A stretch of DNA of 32,000 nucleotides from Mycobacterium leprae TN. GTDB taxonomy: Bacteria > Actinomycetota > Actinomycetes > Mycobacteriales > Mycobacteriaceae. Made by a program: the position numbers and the translations under genes. This document shows, piece after piece, positions 17,903-30,481 of the stretch. The notes beneath the pieces are model-generated. The model was not told where the DNA came from. It ran no database searches and saw only the letters and a program-made list of their open reading frames with translations. How positions within the stretch are numbered: position 1 is the first letter of the stretch; each line of letters opens with the position of its first letter. The stretch spans positions 2,160,001 to 2,192,000 of the forward strand of contig NC_002677.1 in NCBI RefSeq assembly GCF_000195855.1, given 5' to 3'.

Positions 17903-20179
17903 CTAGGTGAGAGTGTACCCCAGCCGGCCGGCGAGCTTATGCAGCAAGCCAATTGCGGCGTAGGCTATCACCGTCCCAGGAGGGAAGATGGCAGTAGCCC
18001 CGGCAGCATACAACTCATCAAAGTCATCAGGCGGGATCACGCCGCCCACCACAATCATGATGTCAGGCCGGCCCACGTCAGCAAGCGCGTCTCGGAGCGC
18101 CGGCACCAGCGTCAGGTGGCCAGCGGCCAGCGACGACACACCTATCACATGCACATCGTTGTCGGCAGCCTGGCGGGCGACCTCTTCGGGCGTGGAGAAC
18201 AGCGATCCGACATCGACGTCAAACCCGAGGTCGGCGAATGCCGTCGCAACAACCTTCTGCCCGCGGTCGTGGCCGTCCTGGCCCATCTTGGCCACCAGAA
18301 TCCTGGGTCGACGACCATCAGCCTCGGCGAATTTTTTGACTAGTTCTGTAGCGTTTGCGATATCGGTGGCCTTCCCAGCTTCTCCCACTTCCCGACGGTA
18401 GACCCCGGTGATGGTACGGATCTTCGCTTGGTGACGCCCATATACTCTCTCCAGCGCATCGGAGATCTCGCCGACAGTAGCTTGAACCCGGGCCGCGTTG
18501 ATAGCAAGCGCCAACAAATTATCTCCGGCACGGCCGTGGGCCCCAGCGGCACCAGACAGCTCGGCCAGAGCCGCGTCGACCGCCAACTGATCCCGGTTTG
18601 CCCGCAGCTGCTGCAATTTGGCCACTTGTTCAGCACGCACCCGACTGTTCTCGACTTTGAGTACCTCAATCTCGTGATCCTGGTCGACTTGGTACTTGTT
18701 GACCCCGACCACCGGCTGACGCCCGGAGTCGATGCGGGCCTGGGTGCGCGCAGCAGCCTCCTCGATGCGCAGCTTGGGGATGCCGTCGCTGATAGCCGCA
18801 GCCATGCCGCCATGCTCGGCAACCTCGGCGATATGAGTACGAGCACGGGCAGCCAGTTGATGGGTCAGCCACTCCACATAGTAAGAGCCTCCCCACGGGT
18901 CAATCGGCCGCGTAGTGCCCGACTCCTGTTGCAATACAAGCTGAGTATTGCGGGCGATCCGGGCGGAAAAGTCCGTTGGCAGCGCCAACGCCTCGTCCAA
19001 CGCGTTGGTGTGCAGCGACTGGGTATGGCCCTGTGTTGCGGCCATCGCCTCGATACAGGTGCGGGCTACGTTGTTGAACGGGTCCTGGGCGGTCAACGAC
19101 CATCCAGAGGTTTGCGAATGGGTGCGCAGTGATAGGGATTTTGGGCTTTGGGGTCCAAATTTGGCGACCAGTTCACTCCATAACAGCCGGCCAGCACGCA
19201 GTTTGGCAACTTCCATGAAGAAGTTCATCCCGATGCCCCAAAAGAAGGACAACCGCGGCGCAAAAGTGTCAATGTCCAGCCCAGCGTCCAAGCCCGCCTT
19301 GATGTAGTCGACACCATCGGCCAAGGTATATGCCAGTTCCAAATCCGCTGTGGCGCCTGCTTCTTGTATATGGTAGCCAGAGATCGAGATGGAGTTGAAC
19401 TTCGGCATCTTGGCGCTGGTGTAGGCGAATATATCGGATATGATCCGCATCGATGGCTCAGGTGGGTAGATGTAGGTGTTGCGGACCATGAACTCTTTGA
19501 GGATATCGTTTTGAATAGTGCCTGCCAGCTTCTCCGGAGGAACACCCTGTTCCTCAGCTGCTACCACATACAGCGCCAGGATCGGCAGCACAGCACCGTT
19601 CATCGTCATCGATACCGAAACCGCTGAGAGGTCTATGCCATCGAACAATTGTCGCATGTCGAGGATAGAATCGATTGCCACACCAGCCATTCCGACATCA
19701 CCCTGGACACGAGGATGGTCGGAGTCGTACCCGCGGTGAGTAGCCAGGTCGAAGGCTACCGACAGGCCCTTCTGGCCGGCTGCCAGGTTCCGACGGTAAA
19801 ATGCGTTGGAATCTGCGGCGGTGGAAAACCCAGCGTATTGACGGATTGTCCACGGCTGGTTGACATACATCGTCGGATAAGGTCCGCGCAGGTAAGGCGG
19901 CTCACCGGGGAAGCTATGCAACGGGTAGCCGCCGGCCTCGGCGGCGGCACGGTCGGCAGCGATGTAGACCGGTTTGACGTCGATACCTTCCGGCGTATGC
20001 CAGTGCAGTTGATCAACTGTGTACCCGTGTGCTGAAGCGGCTGAGAAAACATGCTTTTCGACCGCAGCTTCGGAGGGTGGCCACACGACACGATCGCTGC
20101 GCAGCGGGATATCGGCGAAACTGCCGACCACGAATGTAGTTTCTCTATCCTGCTGGCCGCCGACGTCACGCACAGTCAT
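17903..20179 (-). CDS. mutB: Methylmalonyl-CoA mutase large (catalytic, B12-binding) subunit
   Basis: 758 aa. Contains RIARNTQL, the TIM-barrel substrate domain and a C-terminal cobalamin domain with the DxHxxG motif (GQDGHDRG) and GVSSL. Confidence 0.96.
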   Translation of the reverse strand: MTVRDVGGQQDRETTFVVGSFADIPLRSDRVVWPPSEAAVEKHVFSAASAHGYTVDQLHWHTPEGIDVKPVYIAADRAAAEAGGYPLHSFPGEPPYLRGPYPTMYVNQPWTIRQYAGFSTAADSNAFYRRNLAAGQKGLSVAFDLATHRGYDSDHPRVQGDVGMAGVAIDSILDMRQLFDGIDLSAVSVSMTMNGAVLPILALYVVAAEEQGVPPEKLAGTIQNDILKEFMVRNTYIYPPEPSMRIISDIFAYTSAKMPKFNSISISGYHIQEAGATADLELAYTLADGVDYIKAGLDAGLDIDTFAPRLSFFWGIGMNFFMEVAKLRAGRLLWSELVAKFGPQSPKSLSLRTHSQTSGWSLTAQDPFNNVARTCIEAMAATQGHTQSLHTNALDEALALPTDFSARIARNTQLVLQQESGTTRPIDPWGGSYYVEWLTHQLAARARTHIAEVAEHGGMAAAISDGIPKLRIEEAAARTQARIDSGRQPVVGVNKYQVDQDHEIEVLKVENSRVRAEQVAKLQQLRANRDQLAVDAALAELSGAAGAHGRAGDNLLALAINAARVQATVGEISDALERVYGRHQAKIRTITGVYRREVGEAGKATDIANATELVKKFAEADGRRPRILVAKMGQDGHDRGQKVVATAFADLGFDVDVGSLFSTPEEVARQAADNDVHVIGVSSLAAGHLTLVPALRDALADVGRPDIMIVVGGVIPPDDFDELYAAGATAIFPPGTVIAYAAIGLLHKLAGRLGYTLT

Positions 20180-20184
20180 CGTGG

Positions 20185-22095
20185 CTATGCCCCCAATCGA
20201 GTGAGCAGATTTGAAAGAGCTTCGACCGCATTAATTTTCGCAGTTATATATTCATCTGGCCGACTCTTTGCGTTGTTGATATCACCCAGCGCTTTCTCAG
20301 GTCCCGCCAGGTAGACCCACGACACCCCGGCGCCTCGCGCCGCCTCCACCACATCTGCGGCCTCATCCCGATAGCGCAAGTCTGTGCCACAGATAACCAC
20401 CACCATCGACGACCCGGCCATGAAACCAGCCTGCGCGACGGCTTGCACGACACCCGGTGCGTCCACTGATCCTAGGTTGATCGCCGCTATGCCGCCCGAA
20501 GCCAGCAGATTCGTCGCAAACGTCGCCCGAATGTTGTGCTCAGCCAGCGGGCCCAGCGGCAGCAACAGCACCTGCGGACGTGCACCGGTGCGGGCCAGAT
20601 AAGCATCCGAACGATCCCGCAGCGCTTCGAAACCGGCAGCGTAGCGCAGCAGGTTTCCCGCAGCAGTCGCCACAACAGGCGAACCGCCGTGCAGCAGAGC
20701 AGGCTCAGCTAAGTTCGGATATTCGTTGACACCGGTTATCGCGGTACGGCGATGCGCGATGTCGTCGGTACGGCGTGCGGCTGTTTCGTGGATCTGGCCG
20801 GCAAGGTAGTCACCGGCATCGACAAATCCACCGTAGGTCTCGATAGCCTGAAAATGCTGCCAGGCCTGCTGAGCCAGTTGTTCGGTGAGGTTCTCGACGA
20901 ACCAGGACCCTCCGGCCGGATCCAACACCCGGCCAACGTGTGACTCTTCCAACAGCAGCAGCTGGGTGTTACGGGCAATCCTACGCGCGAAGCTAGCCGC
21001 CATGCCAAGAAAGCCACCGGGAATCGCCACATCGAACGGGAACACCAACACGGTGTCGGCACCACCAACGCCTGCACCAAACGCGGCCAGCGTGCCGCGC
21101 AGCATGTTCACCCACGGGTCGCGCTGAGTCATCATCGGCAGCGACGTTTCCGCGTGCACAACTGCCGCGCCGCCTTCGGGGTCCCCCGCGACTTCTGCGA
21201 TACGCGCCCACAGTTGACGCACGGCGCGTATTTTAGCGATGGTCAAAAACTGATCGTCGTCGGCAGCTAGCCGAAAACTGATTTGCCGTAGCGCCTCGCT
21301 GACCGGCATCTTGGATTCTGTGAGCACCCGAAGGTAGGTCACCGCAGCCGCAATCGCAGCGGCGAGCTCCCATGTCGCGCTGGCCCCCAAATTGTGGAAA
21401 GCAGGCCCGTCGACGGTGATCGCCCGCACGCCACGGTCGCCGGCGACCCGTGCTGCGACTGCAACCACCTGGTCGATCGACGGGGCAGGACGACCGCTCA
21501 GCGACGCAGTCAGCGGGTCGGCACCCAGATCGATCGATAGCATTGTGCGCCGACTCGAGTCCAGCCTGGCCAGCAGGGCCAACACCGCATCACAGGCTTC
21601 GACGTAGTCAGCGCCCGCGTCAAGAATCACCGGGACCAAGTCCACGTACACACCGAGAAGCAGGCTGTCCAGCTGCCCAGGCGCTACCCCGGACTGGCCC
21701 ACCCGGATTCGCAGCGCGCTGACTCCCTCTGCTAGCGCAGCCAATATTGTAGCGTTGCTAGCCGTGCCCTCGTCGGCAGCCACCCCTGCGGTTGCCGGGT
21801 CGACCGGAAACACTTCGGTGACCTTCCAGCCGGAATGAACATCGCGTAACGCATCGCCACCGCGGCGGTAAGGCCACTCTCCTGGCAGCGACGATTCCGG
21901 CAACTCGTCGAACACGGTATACAGCGGCCGGATGGCGAACCCGTCGTAGGTCGCGGTGTCCAGTAGCCGCTCAGGCTGATCCCCAAACGTGGCAGGGTCT
22001 CTCCGCATGCTCCTCGAGAGCACACCAGCGACCGCACGTCGCCACCGCCCGCGAATCTGTTCCAGTTCGGCGAACTCGGGTACATCTACGAACAC
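20185..22095 (-). CDS. mutA: Methylmalonyl-CoA mutase small subunit
   Basis: 636 aa from GTG 22095..22093 ([26 protein letters not shown]..). It is a MutB paralogue lacking the DxHxxG histidine loop. Its stop lies 5 nt before the mutB ATG. Confidence 0.9.
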   Translation of the reverse strand: MFVDVPEFAELEQIRGRWRRAVAGVLSRSMRRDPATFGDQPERLLDTATYDGFAIRPLYTVFDELPESSLPGEWPYRRGGDALRDVHSGWKVTEVFPVDPATAGVAADEGTASNATILAALAEGVSALRIRVGQSGVAPGQLDSLLLGVYVDLVPVILDAGADYVEACDAVLALLARLDSSRRTMLSIDLGADPLTASLSGRPAPSIDQVVAVAARVAGDRGVRAITVDGPAFHNLGASATWELAAAIAAAVTYLRVLTESKMPVSEALRQISFRLAADDDQFLTIAKIRAVRQLWARIAEVAGDPEGGAAVVHAETSLPMMTQRDPWVNMLRGTLAAFGAGVGGADTVLVFPFDVAIPGGFLGMAASFARRIARNTQLLLLEESHVGRVLDPAGGSWFVENLTEQLAQQAWQHFQAIETYGGFVDAGDYLAGQIHETAARRTDDIAHRRTAITGVNEYPNLAEPALLHGGSPVVATAAGNLLRYAAGFEALRDRSDAYLARTGARPQVLLLPLGPLAEHNIRATFATNLLASGGIAAINLGSVDAPGVVQAVAQAGFMAGSSMVVVICGTDLRYRDEAADVVEAARGAGVSWVYLAGPEKALGDINNAKSRPDEYITAKINAVEALSNLLTRLGA

Positions 22096-23194
22096 CGACT
22101 GCTCCTATTTCCCAGCAATTGGCGAGCCCTTGATGCAGGGCTTCGAGGATGCCATTCGACCAATTAAAGCTAATTGATCGCGGCGATCGTAAAGCGCCGA
22201 AGTGAAGCGAGCCGGTCGGTCGGCGGCGAAACGCCAGCTATGAGAAACTAGATTACTTATCTGCCCCTCTTAGCCTTAGTAGACGTGACGAGGGCCGCCA
22301 CCTGTAAAACAGTCAGCAAGCTGCACAATCCTGCCGCTACGCAAGGCGCGGCCAAGCGTCAGATGTCCTGGCTGCGGATCATCACGACCGTGGTTGGAAT
22401 CACAGTTCTGGTTGCGCTGGCTATGTAGGTTCCGACGCACACCGCAGTGCAGTTACGCAAGTGGGCAACATCGCTGGGCTCATGACTTCCGCTAACGTTT
22501 TTGATAGCGCATACTGTCGTCACGGTGGTTCCTATCCCCCACACGACGTATCACTCTGGCTGCCGGGCTACTGTTTGGCCCGGTCGTCGGTGTGCTGATC
22601 GCAGTGCTGGCGGTCCGAGCAGCCCCGGTTGGCAGCTGCATCGCCTGATTCGGCACCAAAGCGGCCGGCATGGTAAACGAGCACTGCAGGAGCGAGGCTG
22701 GCTAACCGTACTGTCGCTGAGGTTTATATTTTTCTGTCGTGGCGTTTTCCGCGATCAACTATGCCGCCGTGTGCCGTGCGAATACCGCCCTACACGTTGC
22801 CCACGCTGGCTGGTCCTGCTGCACGGCACCGCGGCTGTAGTGACACTCGGCTACACGCTCGCCGGTCACGTGAGCTTGACACGATATATCTGGTGTCGCT
22901 GTGTACAGGCGACTTGGATATGGCGGAGCTGATCGTCGAAATCCGCCGCTATCGGCAACACCACCACCGCACATCGAACCAAAGCTGCCGCGCGGGGACC
23001 GACACGCCCCCGAACCGCAGCCATCCACTAAACCGACCGGTGCAGTGAACACTTATAGGCAGCTCCCTGATCCACTCCCCTCACAATCACCACCGCATCT
23101 ACCGGCCTGGAAAATTAGGCGCTGCATAGGCTTTCGTTGCAGTCAAAACACTCATACACAAAACCTATCAAGGAAACTCGGGGCGCAAACCTAT

Positions 23195-24319
23195 CTATTC
23201 GTCGACTGGCTGGTAAACCATCGCCTCAGCTTTGGCGACCGCTTGAGCGATCGCCGGATCGGTCTCAACGGAGAACCAGTCCGCGACTTCGGCGTCATCC
23301 TCGTCGGCAGCATGCTTGACAACCTGATCGGAAGAGTCAACGGGGGACGGCTGGAACCGAAATACCCCGTCTTCACCCGGGGCGCCCAGCAGTTTGGTGA
23401 ACCCTTGCAACGCCGTGCTGAAGTCGCTGGGGACAACCCACACCTTGTTGGCGTCACCACGCGCCATCTGCGGCAGTATCTGCAGGTACTGGTAAGCCAG
23501 CATTTCCGGGGTCGGCCTGCCGGCTTTGATCGCAGCGAACGTCTTCTCGATGGCCTTGGCCTGCCCCTGCGCCTGGAGATAGGCCGCGGCACGCTTACCC
23601 TGAGCACGTAGCATCCGCGACTGCCGGTCGGCCTCGGCGGCGAGAATCACGGCCTGCTTGGCGCCCTCGGCAGCCAGGATCTGCGCCTGCTTGTTGCCTT
23701 CGGCCTGCTTGATGGCCGCTTCCCGGGTGCCTTCGGCGGTCAGGATCATCGCCCGCTTCTCCCGGTCGGCCTTCATCTGCTTTTCCATCGAGGTCTGGAT
23801 CGACGGCGGTGGGTCGATGCTGCGCAGCTCCACCCGGGCCACCCGCAGTCCCCAGCGACCGGTCGCCTCGTCCAGCACACCCCGCAGCTGAGCGTTGATC
23901 TGGTCACGGGAGGTCAGAGTCTGCTCCAGCGTCATGCCACCAACGACATTGCGCAACGTAGTCGTGGTGAGCTGTTCAACGCCGACAATGTAGTTACTGA
24001 TTTCATACACTGCCGCCTGCGGAACGGTGACCTGGAAGTAGACCACGGTGTCAATGTTGAGAGTCAAATTGTCCTCGGTGATCACCGGCTGCGGCGGGAA
24101 GGACACCACCCGCTCCCGCAGGTCCACTCGGGCGCGGACACGGTCAATGAAGAGCACCAATAAGGTCAGCTGCCCGCTGACGGTACGACCGTACCGACCT
24201 AGCCGTTCGACTACCGCAGCTTCGGCTTGTGGAATCAACACAATCGACTTGGCCACCACAACGATGGCGAATATCGTCAGGACGGCAAGCAACACCAGAC
24301 CTGCAACCACACCTTGCAC
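23195..24319 (-). CDS. SPFH/band-7 (stomatin/prohibitin-like) membrane protein (Rv1488-like)
   Basis: 374 aa from GTG 24319..24317, preceded by GAAAGGAA. It has an N-terminal TM helix, an SPFH core (IPQAEAAVVERLGRY..LRERVVSFPPQPVITEDNLTLNIDTVVYFQV..) and an Ala/Gln-rich coiled-coil tail. Confidence 0.9.
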   Translation of the reverse strand: MQGVVAGLVLLAVLTIFAIVVVAKSIVLIPQAEAAVVERLGRYGRTVSGQLTLLVLFIDRVRARVDLRERVVSFPPQPVITEDNLTLNIDTVVYFQVTVPQAAVYEISNYIVGVEQLTTTTLRNVVGGMTLEQTLTSRDQINAQLRGVLDEATGRWGLRVARVELRSIDPPPSIQTSMEKQMKADREKRAMILTAEGTREAAIKQAEGNKQAQILAAEGAKQAVILAAEADRQSRMLRAQGKRAAAYLQAQGQAKAIEKTFAAIKAGRPTPEMLAYQYLQILPQMARGDANKVWVVPSDFSTALQGFTKLLGAPGEDGVFRFQPSPVDSSDQVVKHAADEDDAEVADWFSVETDPAIAQAVAKAEAMVYQPVDE

Positions 24320-24355
24320 TGGGGTTCCTTTCTTCGCAGGGTTCTACCGACGCTC

Positions 24356-24787
24356 TTACCCGTTCCTAAATACCATCGCCGTGGCGCCGTCGATGTGCAC
24401 AACGATTACCGACTCGCCGGCTTCATACACATCATCGTCGCTCAACGTGCGGGCCGTCCACACCTGGCCATCCAGCTTGACCTGGCCCTCATTGCGGGCA
24501 ACGCGATCAAGCACCAGGGCGGCCTTGCCTTCTAGCGCCTTTATGCCCAGCTGTGTTCCCAGAGCGGGCGTTAGCCGCCGCACCGCAGGACGAACCAACG
24601 TCAGTAGCAGAACCGAGACGATCAGGAACACCGTCCCGTCGACCCAGATTGGCCAATCCGTCAGCCAGCCACTTACGGCCGAGGCCAGAGCACCGCCGCC
24701 GAGCATCAACAAGAACATGTCACCCGTTAGCGCCTCAGCACAGGCCAGCACCAGCGCAAAAATCAGCCAAACTAGCGCGACAGGCAT
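24356..24787 (-). CDS. NfeD-like membrane protein, partner of the SPFH protein (Rv1487-like)
   Basis: From ATG 24787..24785: [37 protein letters not shown]... It has three TM segments plus a C-terminal OB-fold-like soluble domain ([29 protein letters not shown]). It sits immediately upstream of the SPFH gene, which is the classic nfeD-SPFH operon. I rejected the track start at 24829. Confidence 0.8.
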   Translation of the reverse strand: MPVALVWLIFALVLACAEALTGDMFLLMLGGGALASAVSGWLTDWPIWVDGTVFLIVSVLLLTLVRPAVRRLTPALGTQLGIKALEGKAALVLDRVARNEGQVKLDGQVWTARTLSDDDVYEAGESVIVVHIDGATAMVFRNG

Positions 24788-24844
24788 GCGGCCAGAATAC
24801 GCATAATCGGCCTTCTTAGGGCCGAACAACTACACTGCGAAATC

Positions 24845-25741
24845 ATGTGGTGTCCCAGTGTTTCACTGTCCGTGTGGGCCAACGCCTGGCTCGCCGGCAA
24901 GGCTGCGCCCGACGACCTATTGGATGCGTTATCGCTCTGGACACCAATGCAATCAGTTGCCGCATATGACGCCGTCGCGGCCGGCCATACCGGACTGCCG
25001 TGGCCCGACATTCACGACGCCGGAACAGTCTCGCTGTTACAAACCCTACGTACCGCGGTCGGCAGGCCGACGAAATCTACGCCCAATGACCCACATCGGT
25101 TGCGTGGGACAATAAATGTGGTACTGCCGGTACCCGGCGACGTGCACGGGCTGGTCACGGGCACGCAATTCGAGCATGATGCCCTGGCTGCGAGCGAGGC
25201 GGTAATCATCACCAACCCGCACGATTCCAGCACCGCCGTCGGACTCGTCCCGGAGTACTCCTACAGCAATCCCGAGCAGTACACCAACAGCGAAGAGACA
25301 CGTCTCTCCGAATTGTCTGCGCTATCTTGGGTGGTGTACTCACTACCTGGCGTACCCTTGTTCGACCATCACGAACTGGGTGACGCCGAATACGCACTGC
25401 GATCCGCGGTGCGCTCCGCCGCCGATGCGCTCGGCACCATTGAACTGAATTCCGCGACAGCCGACATAACCGATCCGCGGGGGCTTGTCGAACAATTGCT
25501 GGAATCCTCACGGCAACACAGAGTTCCAGACCACGCGCCATCACGTGCATTGAGGGTATTGGAGAACGCTGCGCACGTTGATGCGATAATCTCGGTAAGC
25601 ACCGGCCTAACACCAATCGGAACCCACTCATTGTCCGACATCGAGATCGCTAGCAATGCGCTGCGACCGCTCACCGCGGTGGTACGTTCGGCAAGGATGG
25701 CGGCGGTCAACGCAATCCTGCACTCGGCCTGGCCCGACTGA
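24845..25741 (+). CDS. Conserved actinobacterial protein of unknown function (Rv1486c-like by position)
   Basis: 298-codon uninterrupted ORF, divergent from nfeD. I recognise no domain. GTG 24872 ([15 protein letters not shown]..) is an alternative start. The orientation opposite to its neighbours matches the Rv1486c position in the M. tuberculosis block, from memory. Confidence 0.7.
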   Translation: MWCPSVSLSVWANAWLAGKAAPDDLLDALSLWTPMQSVAAYDAVAAGHTGLPWPDIHDAGTVSLLQTLRTAVGRPTKSTPNDPHRLRGTINVVLPVPGDVHGLVTGTQFEHDALAASEAVIITNPHDSSTAVGLVPEYSYSNPEQYTNSEETRLSELSALSWVVYSLPGVPLFDHHELGDAEYALRSAVRSAADALGTIELNSATADITDPRGLVEQLLESSRQHRVPDHAPSRALRVLENAAHVDAIISVSTGLTPIGTHSLSDIEIASNALRPLTAVVRSARMAAVNAILHSAWPD

Positions 25742-25777
25742 TTGTACCGCGCCATACAAATCCACGCCGGACTCTAC

Positions 25778-26788
25778 CTACGCAACACAGTGCGGTAGAT
25801 CGCACGGCACGCCATTGATGCTGGCCAGGCAACCCGGCACCGGATCGGAGCCATTCACCCGAACGGGCACGCGGTCGTGCGTGAGTTCGTCGATCAAACT
25901 TGCGGCCAGCCGGGCGAACCGCCGATCGGCGTTAGGTGTAGCGGCCCGGGCGAACGCGACGCCCGCCGCGTCTGCTTGAGATCGCAATTCGTGATCTAGA
26001 TCCCACACCACCTCAATATGGTCAGCGACAAACCCGATTGGACAGACGATGACGGCTTTGGTGCCGGCGGACGCCAGCGTCATGAGTTGATCGCCAACAT
26101 CGGGCGCTAACCACGGAACATACGGCGGCCCCGACCGAGACTGCCAGGTCAGGTCGTAGTCGGCGTATCCAGCACCGGCCGCGACGAGCCTTGCAGCATA
26201 ACCGACTTGGCGGCTATAGAGCGCAGGACCGCAGCGTCGGTCAGTAGCCACCGGAACCGAATGCGCGGTGAACACTAGCCGCGCTTCGCTGCGCAGCGCA
26301 GCGGGCAAGCTGGCGGCAGCAGCCGTGATGGCATCGACGAACATCTCGACGAAAAGCGGATGATCGAAGTAGGGCCGCAATTTAACCAGATTGGGCGCGC
26401 CCGTACCAGCTCGCCGACGAGCACGGGCAATGGCTTCAACATATCGCGTGCAACTGGAATAGCCACTCCACGCCGACGTGATGAACACAGCAGCACAACG
26501 AATACCATCGTCTCGCATGGTCACAACGGAATCCTCTATGTAGGGTTCCCAGTTACGGTTGCCGAAATAGACGGGCAGGTCCAGTTCCACTTGCAGCTCA
26601 TTGACCAGGGCGAGGTTGATCCCATTGATTGGCGACACTCCACCGAAATGCAGGTAATGCTTGGTAACTTCATCAAGGCGTTCGGGTGGCACGTTGCATC
26701 CCCGAGTGACGTTCTCCAGAAACGGCCGCACCTGCTCGGGTCCGTCCGGACCGCCGAAGGACAAAAGTAGAGCTGCATCGAAAAGCAT
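25778..26788 (-). CDS. hemZ: Ferrochelatase (coproporphyrin ferrochelatase type, with C-terminal Cys cluster)
   Basis: 336 aa. [30 protein letters not shown]..., the conserved FTAHS.P, and a C-terminal cysteine set (..[20 protein letters not shown]) consistent with the actinobacterial [2Fe-2S] ferrochelatases. It starts 6 nt after the inhA stop. Confidence 0.9.
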   Translation of the reverse strand: MLFDAALLLSFGGPDGPEQVRPFLENVTRGCNVPPERLDEVTKHYLHFGGVSPINGINLALVNELQVELDLPVYFGNRNWEPYIEDSVVTMRDDGIRCAAVFITSAWSGYSSCTRYVEAIARARRRAGTGAPNLVKLRPYFDHPLFVEMFVDAITAAAASLPAALRSEARLVFTAHSVPVATDRRCGPALYSRQVGYAARLVAAGAGYADYDLTWQSRSGPPYVPWLAPDVGDQLMTLASAGTKAVIVCPIGFVADHIEVVWDLDHELRSQADAAGVAFARAATPNADRRFARLAASLIDELTHDRVPVRVNGSDPVPGCLASINGVPCDLPHCVA

Positions 26789-26794
26789 TGCCGT

Positions 26795-27604
26795 TTAGAG
26801 TAGTTGGGTGCTAGCACCGCCGTCGGCATAGATGATGCTACCGGTAGTAGCCGGCAACCACTCAGACAACAGCGCGCACACCGTCTTAGCGACTGGCGTG
26901 GGATCCTTCATGTTCCAGCCGATCGGGGCACGCTGATCCCAGCCCTCCTCGAGCAGCTGCATCTGAGCACCGGCCTCCTCGCCGAACGCACCACCGACGA
27001 TAGCGCTCATCGCCAGTGTCCGGATAGGACCCGCCGCAACGAGATTGGAGCGTACACCGTACTTGCCAGCCTCGCGCGCAACAAAACGATTGACCGACTC
27101 CAGCGCGCTCTTAGCCACGGTCATCCAGTTGTAAGCCGGCATGGCCCGGGTCGGATCGAAATCCATGCCCACGATGGAGCCGCCAGAGTTCATGATCAGC
27201 AGCAGCGCCTTGGCCAACGAGGCGTACGAGTACGTCGAGATGTGGATACCCTTGGAAACGTCCTCATAGGGCGCATCGAAGAACTGGTTGGTGCCCATCC
27301 CGGTCTGCGGCATGAAGCCGATCGAGTGCACCACGCCGTCGAGCTTGTTACCTTCTCCGATCTCGGCCGTCACCCGCTCGGCTAGCGTGGCCAAGTGCTC
27401 TTCGTTCTGCACGTCAAGTTCGATCAGCGGCGCCTTGTCCGGCAGCCGGTCGGCTATACGCTGAATCAGCCGCAACCGGTCGAATCCGGTCAGCACCAAC
27501 TGCGCCCCCGCTTCCTGGGCTACCTTGGCGATGTGAAACGCGATCGACGAATCGGTGATGATCCCGCTGACCAGAATCCTTTTGCCTTCGAGCAGTCCTG
27601 CCAT
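26795..27604 (-). CDS. inhA: NADH-dependent enoyl-ACP reductase (FAS-II)
   Basis: 269 aa. [26 protein letters not shown]... has the Gly-rich NADH site and the catalytic Y/K context ([15 protein letters not shown]). It is near-identical in layout to M. tuberculosis InhA (269 aa). Confidence 0.97.
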   Translation of the reverse strand: MAGLLEGKRILVSGIITDSSIAFHIAKVAQEAGAQLVLTGFDRLRLIQRIADRLPDKAPLIELDVQNEEHLATLAERVTAEIGEGNKLDGVVHSIGFMPQTGMGTNQFFDAPYEDVSKGIHISTYSYASLAKALLLIMNSGGSIVGMDFDPTRAMPAYNWMTVAKSALESVNRFVAREAGKYGVRSNLVAAGPIRTLAMSAIVGGAFGEEAGAQMQLLEEGWDQRAPIGWNMKDPTPVAKTVCALLSEWLPATTGSIIYADGGASTQLL

Positions 27605-27633
27605 GTTCGTCCTTGTATGTGTTCGATACTTTC

Positions 27634-28440
<807 letters not shown>

Positions 28441-28467
28441 TCTGACTCTGACGCAACTGTAACAAAA

Positions 28468-29475
28468 CTAGGTCGGCAGCCGGCGGTTGATCAGCAGCGC
28501 CGTCAGCGCAGCCAGCGCAAGCACCAGCACACCCAGCCGCAGCCAGCCAGCGCTGGCGTCACCCTTGATGGTCTCGTAGCCGATCTGCTGCTGCAGTGAC
28601 GCATAAACGGCTTTTAGTTCCGCTAAGGTCGCCGCATTGTACGAGTTACCACCGGAGAGCTGGGCGACCTTCTTCATCGTCTCGTCGTCGACGGGCACCG
28701 GCTGACGCTGACCGTTGATCTCAACGAAGCCGTACACGGTGCCAAACGAGATCGTTGAGATCGGCACGCCCTGGTCCTTGGCGGTGCGCGCAGCAGTATA
28801 AGCGCCCTTGGGGTTGTCCGGGTTGGTCGGCATCGTCTCCTTGCCGTCAGAGAACAACACGATACGCGCCGGTGGTGGCATTTCACCGCCGCCTATCACC
28901 GCACCTACGGTGGCGATGGCCTGCAGCGCGGTAAAGATGGCCTCTCCAGTGGCGGTACGGTCGGCAAACTGCAATTTGTCGAGCGCGTTCTTGGTGGCGT
29001 ACCGATTGGTGGTTGGTGACACCAGCACCGTTGCCGTGCCCGCGTAGGCGATCAGGCCAAGGTTGATGCCTGGAGTCAGCTCGCCGGCAAACTGTTTTGC
29101 AGCCTCTTGCGCCGCAGCCATCCGATTGGGTTCGACATCGGTAGCACGCATCGACTGCGATACGTCGATAACCAGCATGACCACCGCGCGGTTACGCGGA
29201 ATCCGAACGTCGTTCGTCGGCCCCGCCATCGCAATGGTGAACAGCAACAACGCCAACATCAGCAGAATCGCGGGCACGTGGCGCCATTGAACAGGTCGGT
29301 TGGGAGCTACGCTTTCCAGCAACTCCATGTTGGCAAACCGCAGCATGCGTCGCTGGCGCGCCACCTGCATCATGACGTAGAACGCGGCTAGCCCAAAAAC
29401 GATAAAGATGAACAGAAAAAACCACGAGTGTTCGAAACCGGACAGCGACATCGGCCCCAGCAACGGCAGCGTCAT
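28468..29475 (-). CDS. VWA-domain membrane protein, BatA-like (Rv1481-like)
   Basis: 335 aa. N-terminal TM helices ([15 protein letters not shown]; [16 protein letters not shown]), a VWA domain with MIDAS ([13 protein letters not shown]) and a C-terminal TM helix ([19 protein letters not shown]). Confidence 0.85.
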   Translation of the reverse strand: MTLPLLGPMSLSGFEHSWFFLFIFIVFGLAAFYVMMQVARQRRMLRFANMELLESVAPNRPVQWRHVPAILLMLALLLFTIAMAGPTNDVRIPRNRAVVMLVIDVSQSMRATDVEPNRMAAAQEAAKQFAGELTPGINLGLIAYAGTATVLVSPTTNRYATKNALDKLQFADRTATGEAIFTALQAIATVGAVIGGGEMPPPARIVLFSDGKETMPTNPDNPKGAYTAARTAKDQGVPISTISFGTVYGFVEINGQRQPVPVDDETMKKVAQLSGGNSYNAATLAELKAVYASLQQQIGYETIKGDASAGWLRLGVLVLALAALTALLINRRLPT

Positions 29476-29518
29476 AGCCGACCCGCCTTAAAAGGTGCGA
29501 GCGTGTGTGCCACATCAG

Positions 29519-30481
29519 TCACTGGCGTCCCGCCAATGCCCCACGCCGACGAGATTCGACGAAACGGACTATGTCAGCGATCCAGTCCCGGTCGGTGCGC
29601 AGCGACATCAGCGGTGCCCCACAATTGCGCAGGCTGCGGGAGACATCGGCGCAGTGGGCGGCAGCGGCCCTCGCAAAATCGTCACGCAACGCTGCATCGA
29701 TGGTGAACTCTCGGGTGACACCGGTTTCGGCGTCCTGCAAGACAACCTCGCCAATGTCGGGCAGTGCTACATCGCGGGGGTCGAGCACCTCGATACCGAG
29801 TACCTCATGCCGGGCTGCAATCGCGCGCAGCGGGCGCATCCAGTTAATCGGGCCCAGGAAATCGCTTATGATGACGGCCATTCCGCGGCGGCGTTCCGGC
29901 CGGCGTAGTGCGTCGATGGCAACCGTCAAGTCGCCACGTACCCCGACCGGCGCTTTAGGCGTGGTAGCGATGGTGCGCAACAGTGTCTGCTCATGTTGGC
30001 GTCCGGAACGTGCCGGTACCCGGGTCATTCTCGCGCCATTGCAGATCAGCGCTCCGAGCCGGTTTCCGCCACCACTGTTGAGGAAGGTGATCGCAGCAGC
30101 CGCCGCCACAGCCAAGTCACGTTTCTCGCAGATGGTGGTGCCGAAGTCCAGGCTAGCCGACATGTCGATCACCATCCAGGTCTCCAGTTCACGGTCAGCG
30201 ATCATCTGCCGAACATGCGGGTGAGTCGTGCGTGCGGTGACCGCCCAATCCATCCGGCGGACGTCGTCGCCAGGCTGATACACGCGCGACTCTCCCGGCT
30301 CTGATCCCGGGCCCGAGATCAGGCCGAGGTGGTCACCATGCAGGACTCCGTCGAGTTTGCGTTTGACTGTGAGCTCGAGTGTCCGCAACGCCGCCGACAG
30401 CTTCGGGTCGTCGATCTGCCCGCGCTGCATCGAAGGCGGGTGGAACACCCCTGGCTTCGCGGCGGGGTTTGGATCGATCAC
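29519..30481 (-). CDS. DUF58 protein (Rv1480-like), MoxR-operon partner
   Basis: 320 aa from GTG 30481..30479, which overlaps the moxR1 stop (GTGA). Typical DUF58 block G.H.....G.G.EF...R.Y.PGDD.R.IDW..TAR (here HGDHLGLISGPGSEPGESRVYQPGDDVRRMDWAVTAR), followed by a VWA-like degenerate fold (WMVIDMSASLDFG). Confidence 0.85.
   Translation of the reverse strand: MIDPNPAAKPGVFHPPSMQRGQIDDPKLSAALRTLELTVKRKLDGVLHGDHLGLISGPGSEPGESRVYQPGDDVRRMDWAVTARTTHPHVRQMIADRELETWMVIDMSASLDFGTTICEKRDLAVAAAAAITFLNSGGGNRLGALICNGARMTRVPARSGRQHEQTLLRTIATTPKAPVGVRGDLTVAIDALRRPERRRGMAVIISDFLGPINWMRPLRAIAARHEVLGIEVLDPRDVALPDIGEVVLQDAETGVTREFTIDAALRDDFARAAAAHCADVSRSLRNCGAPLMSLRTDRDWIADIVRFVESRRRGALAGRQ

Noticed and set aside
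17939-20035. Several plus-strand ORFs of 87-234 aa (for example 18428..19132 and 17988..18401) inside mutB
   Set aside because: They are antisense to a strongly supported gene, have Arg/Pro/Ser/Gly-rich low-complexity translations and carry no motifs. This is typical of high-GC antisense frames.
22161-22188. Adjacent small palindromes caatta-aagc-taattg and gatcgc-g-gcgatc upstream of mutA
   Set aside because: The arms are 6 bp. About 32000/4^6 (roughly 8) such matches are expected per spacer length, so they are not distinguishable from chance without conservation data.
22901-24806. Plus-strand ORFs 22901..23611 (236 aa), 24048..24806 (252 aa) and others
   Set aside because: They are antisense shadows of the SPFH and nfeD genes with Arg/Pro/Thr-rich composition and no recognisable domains.
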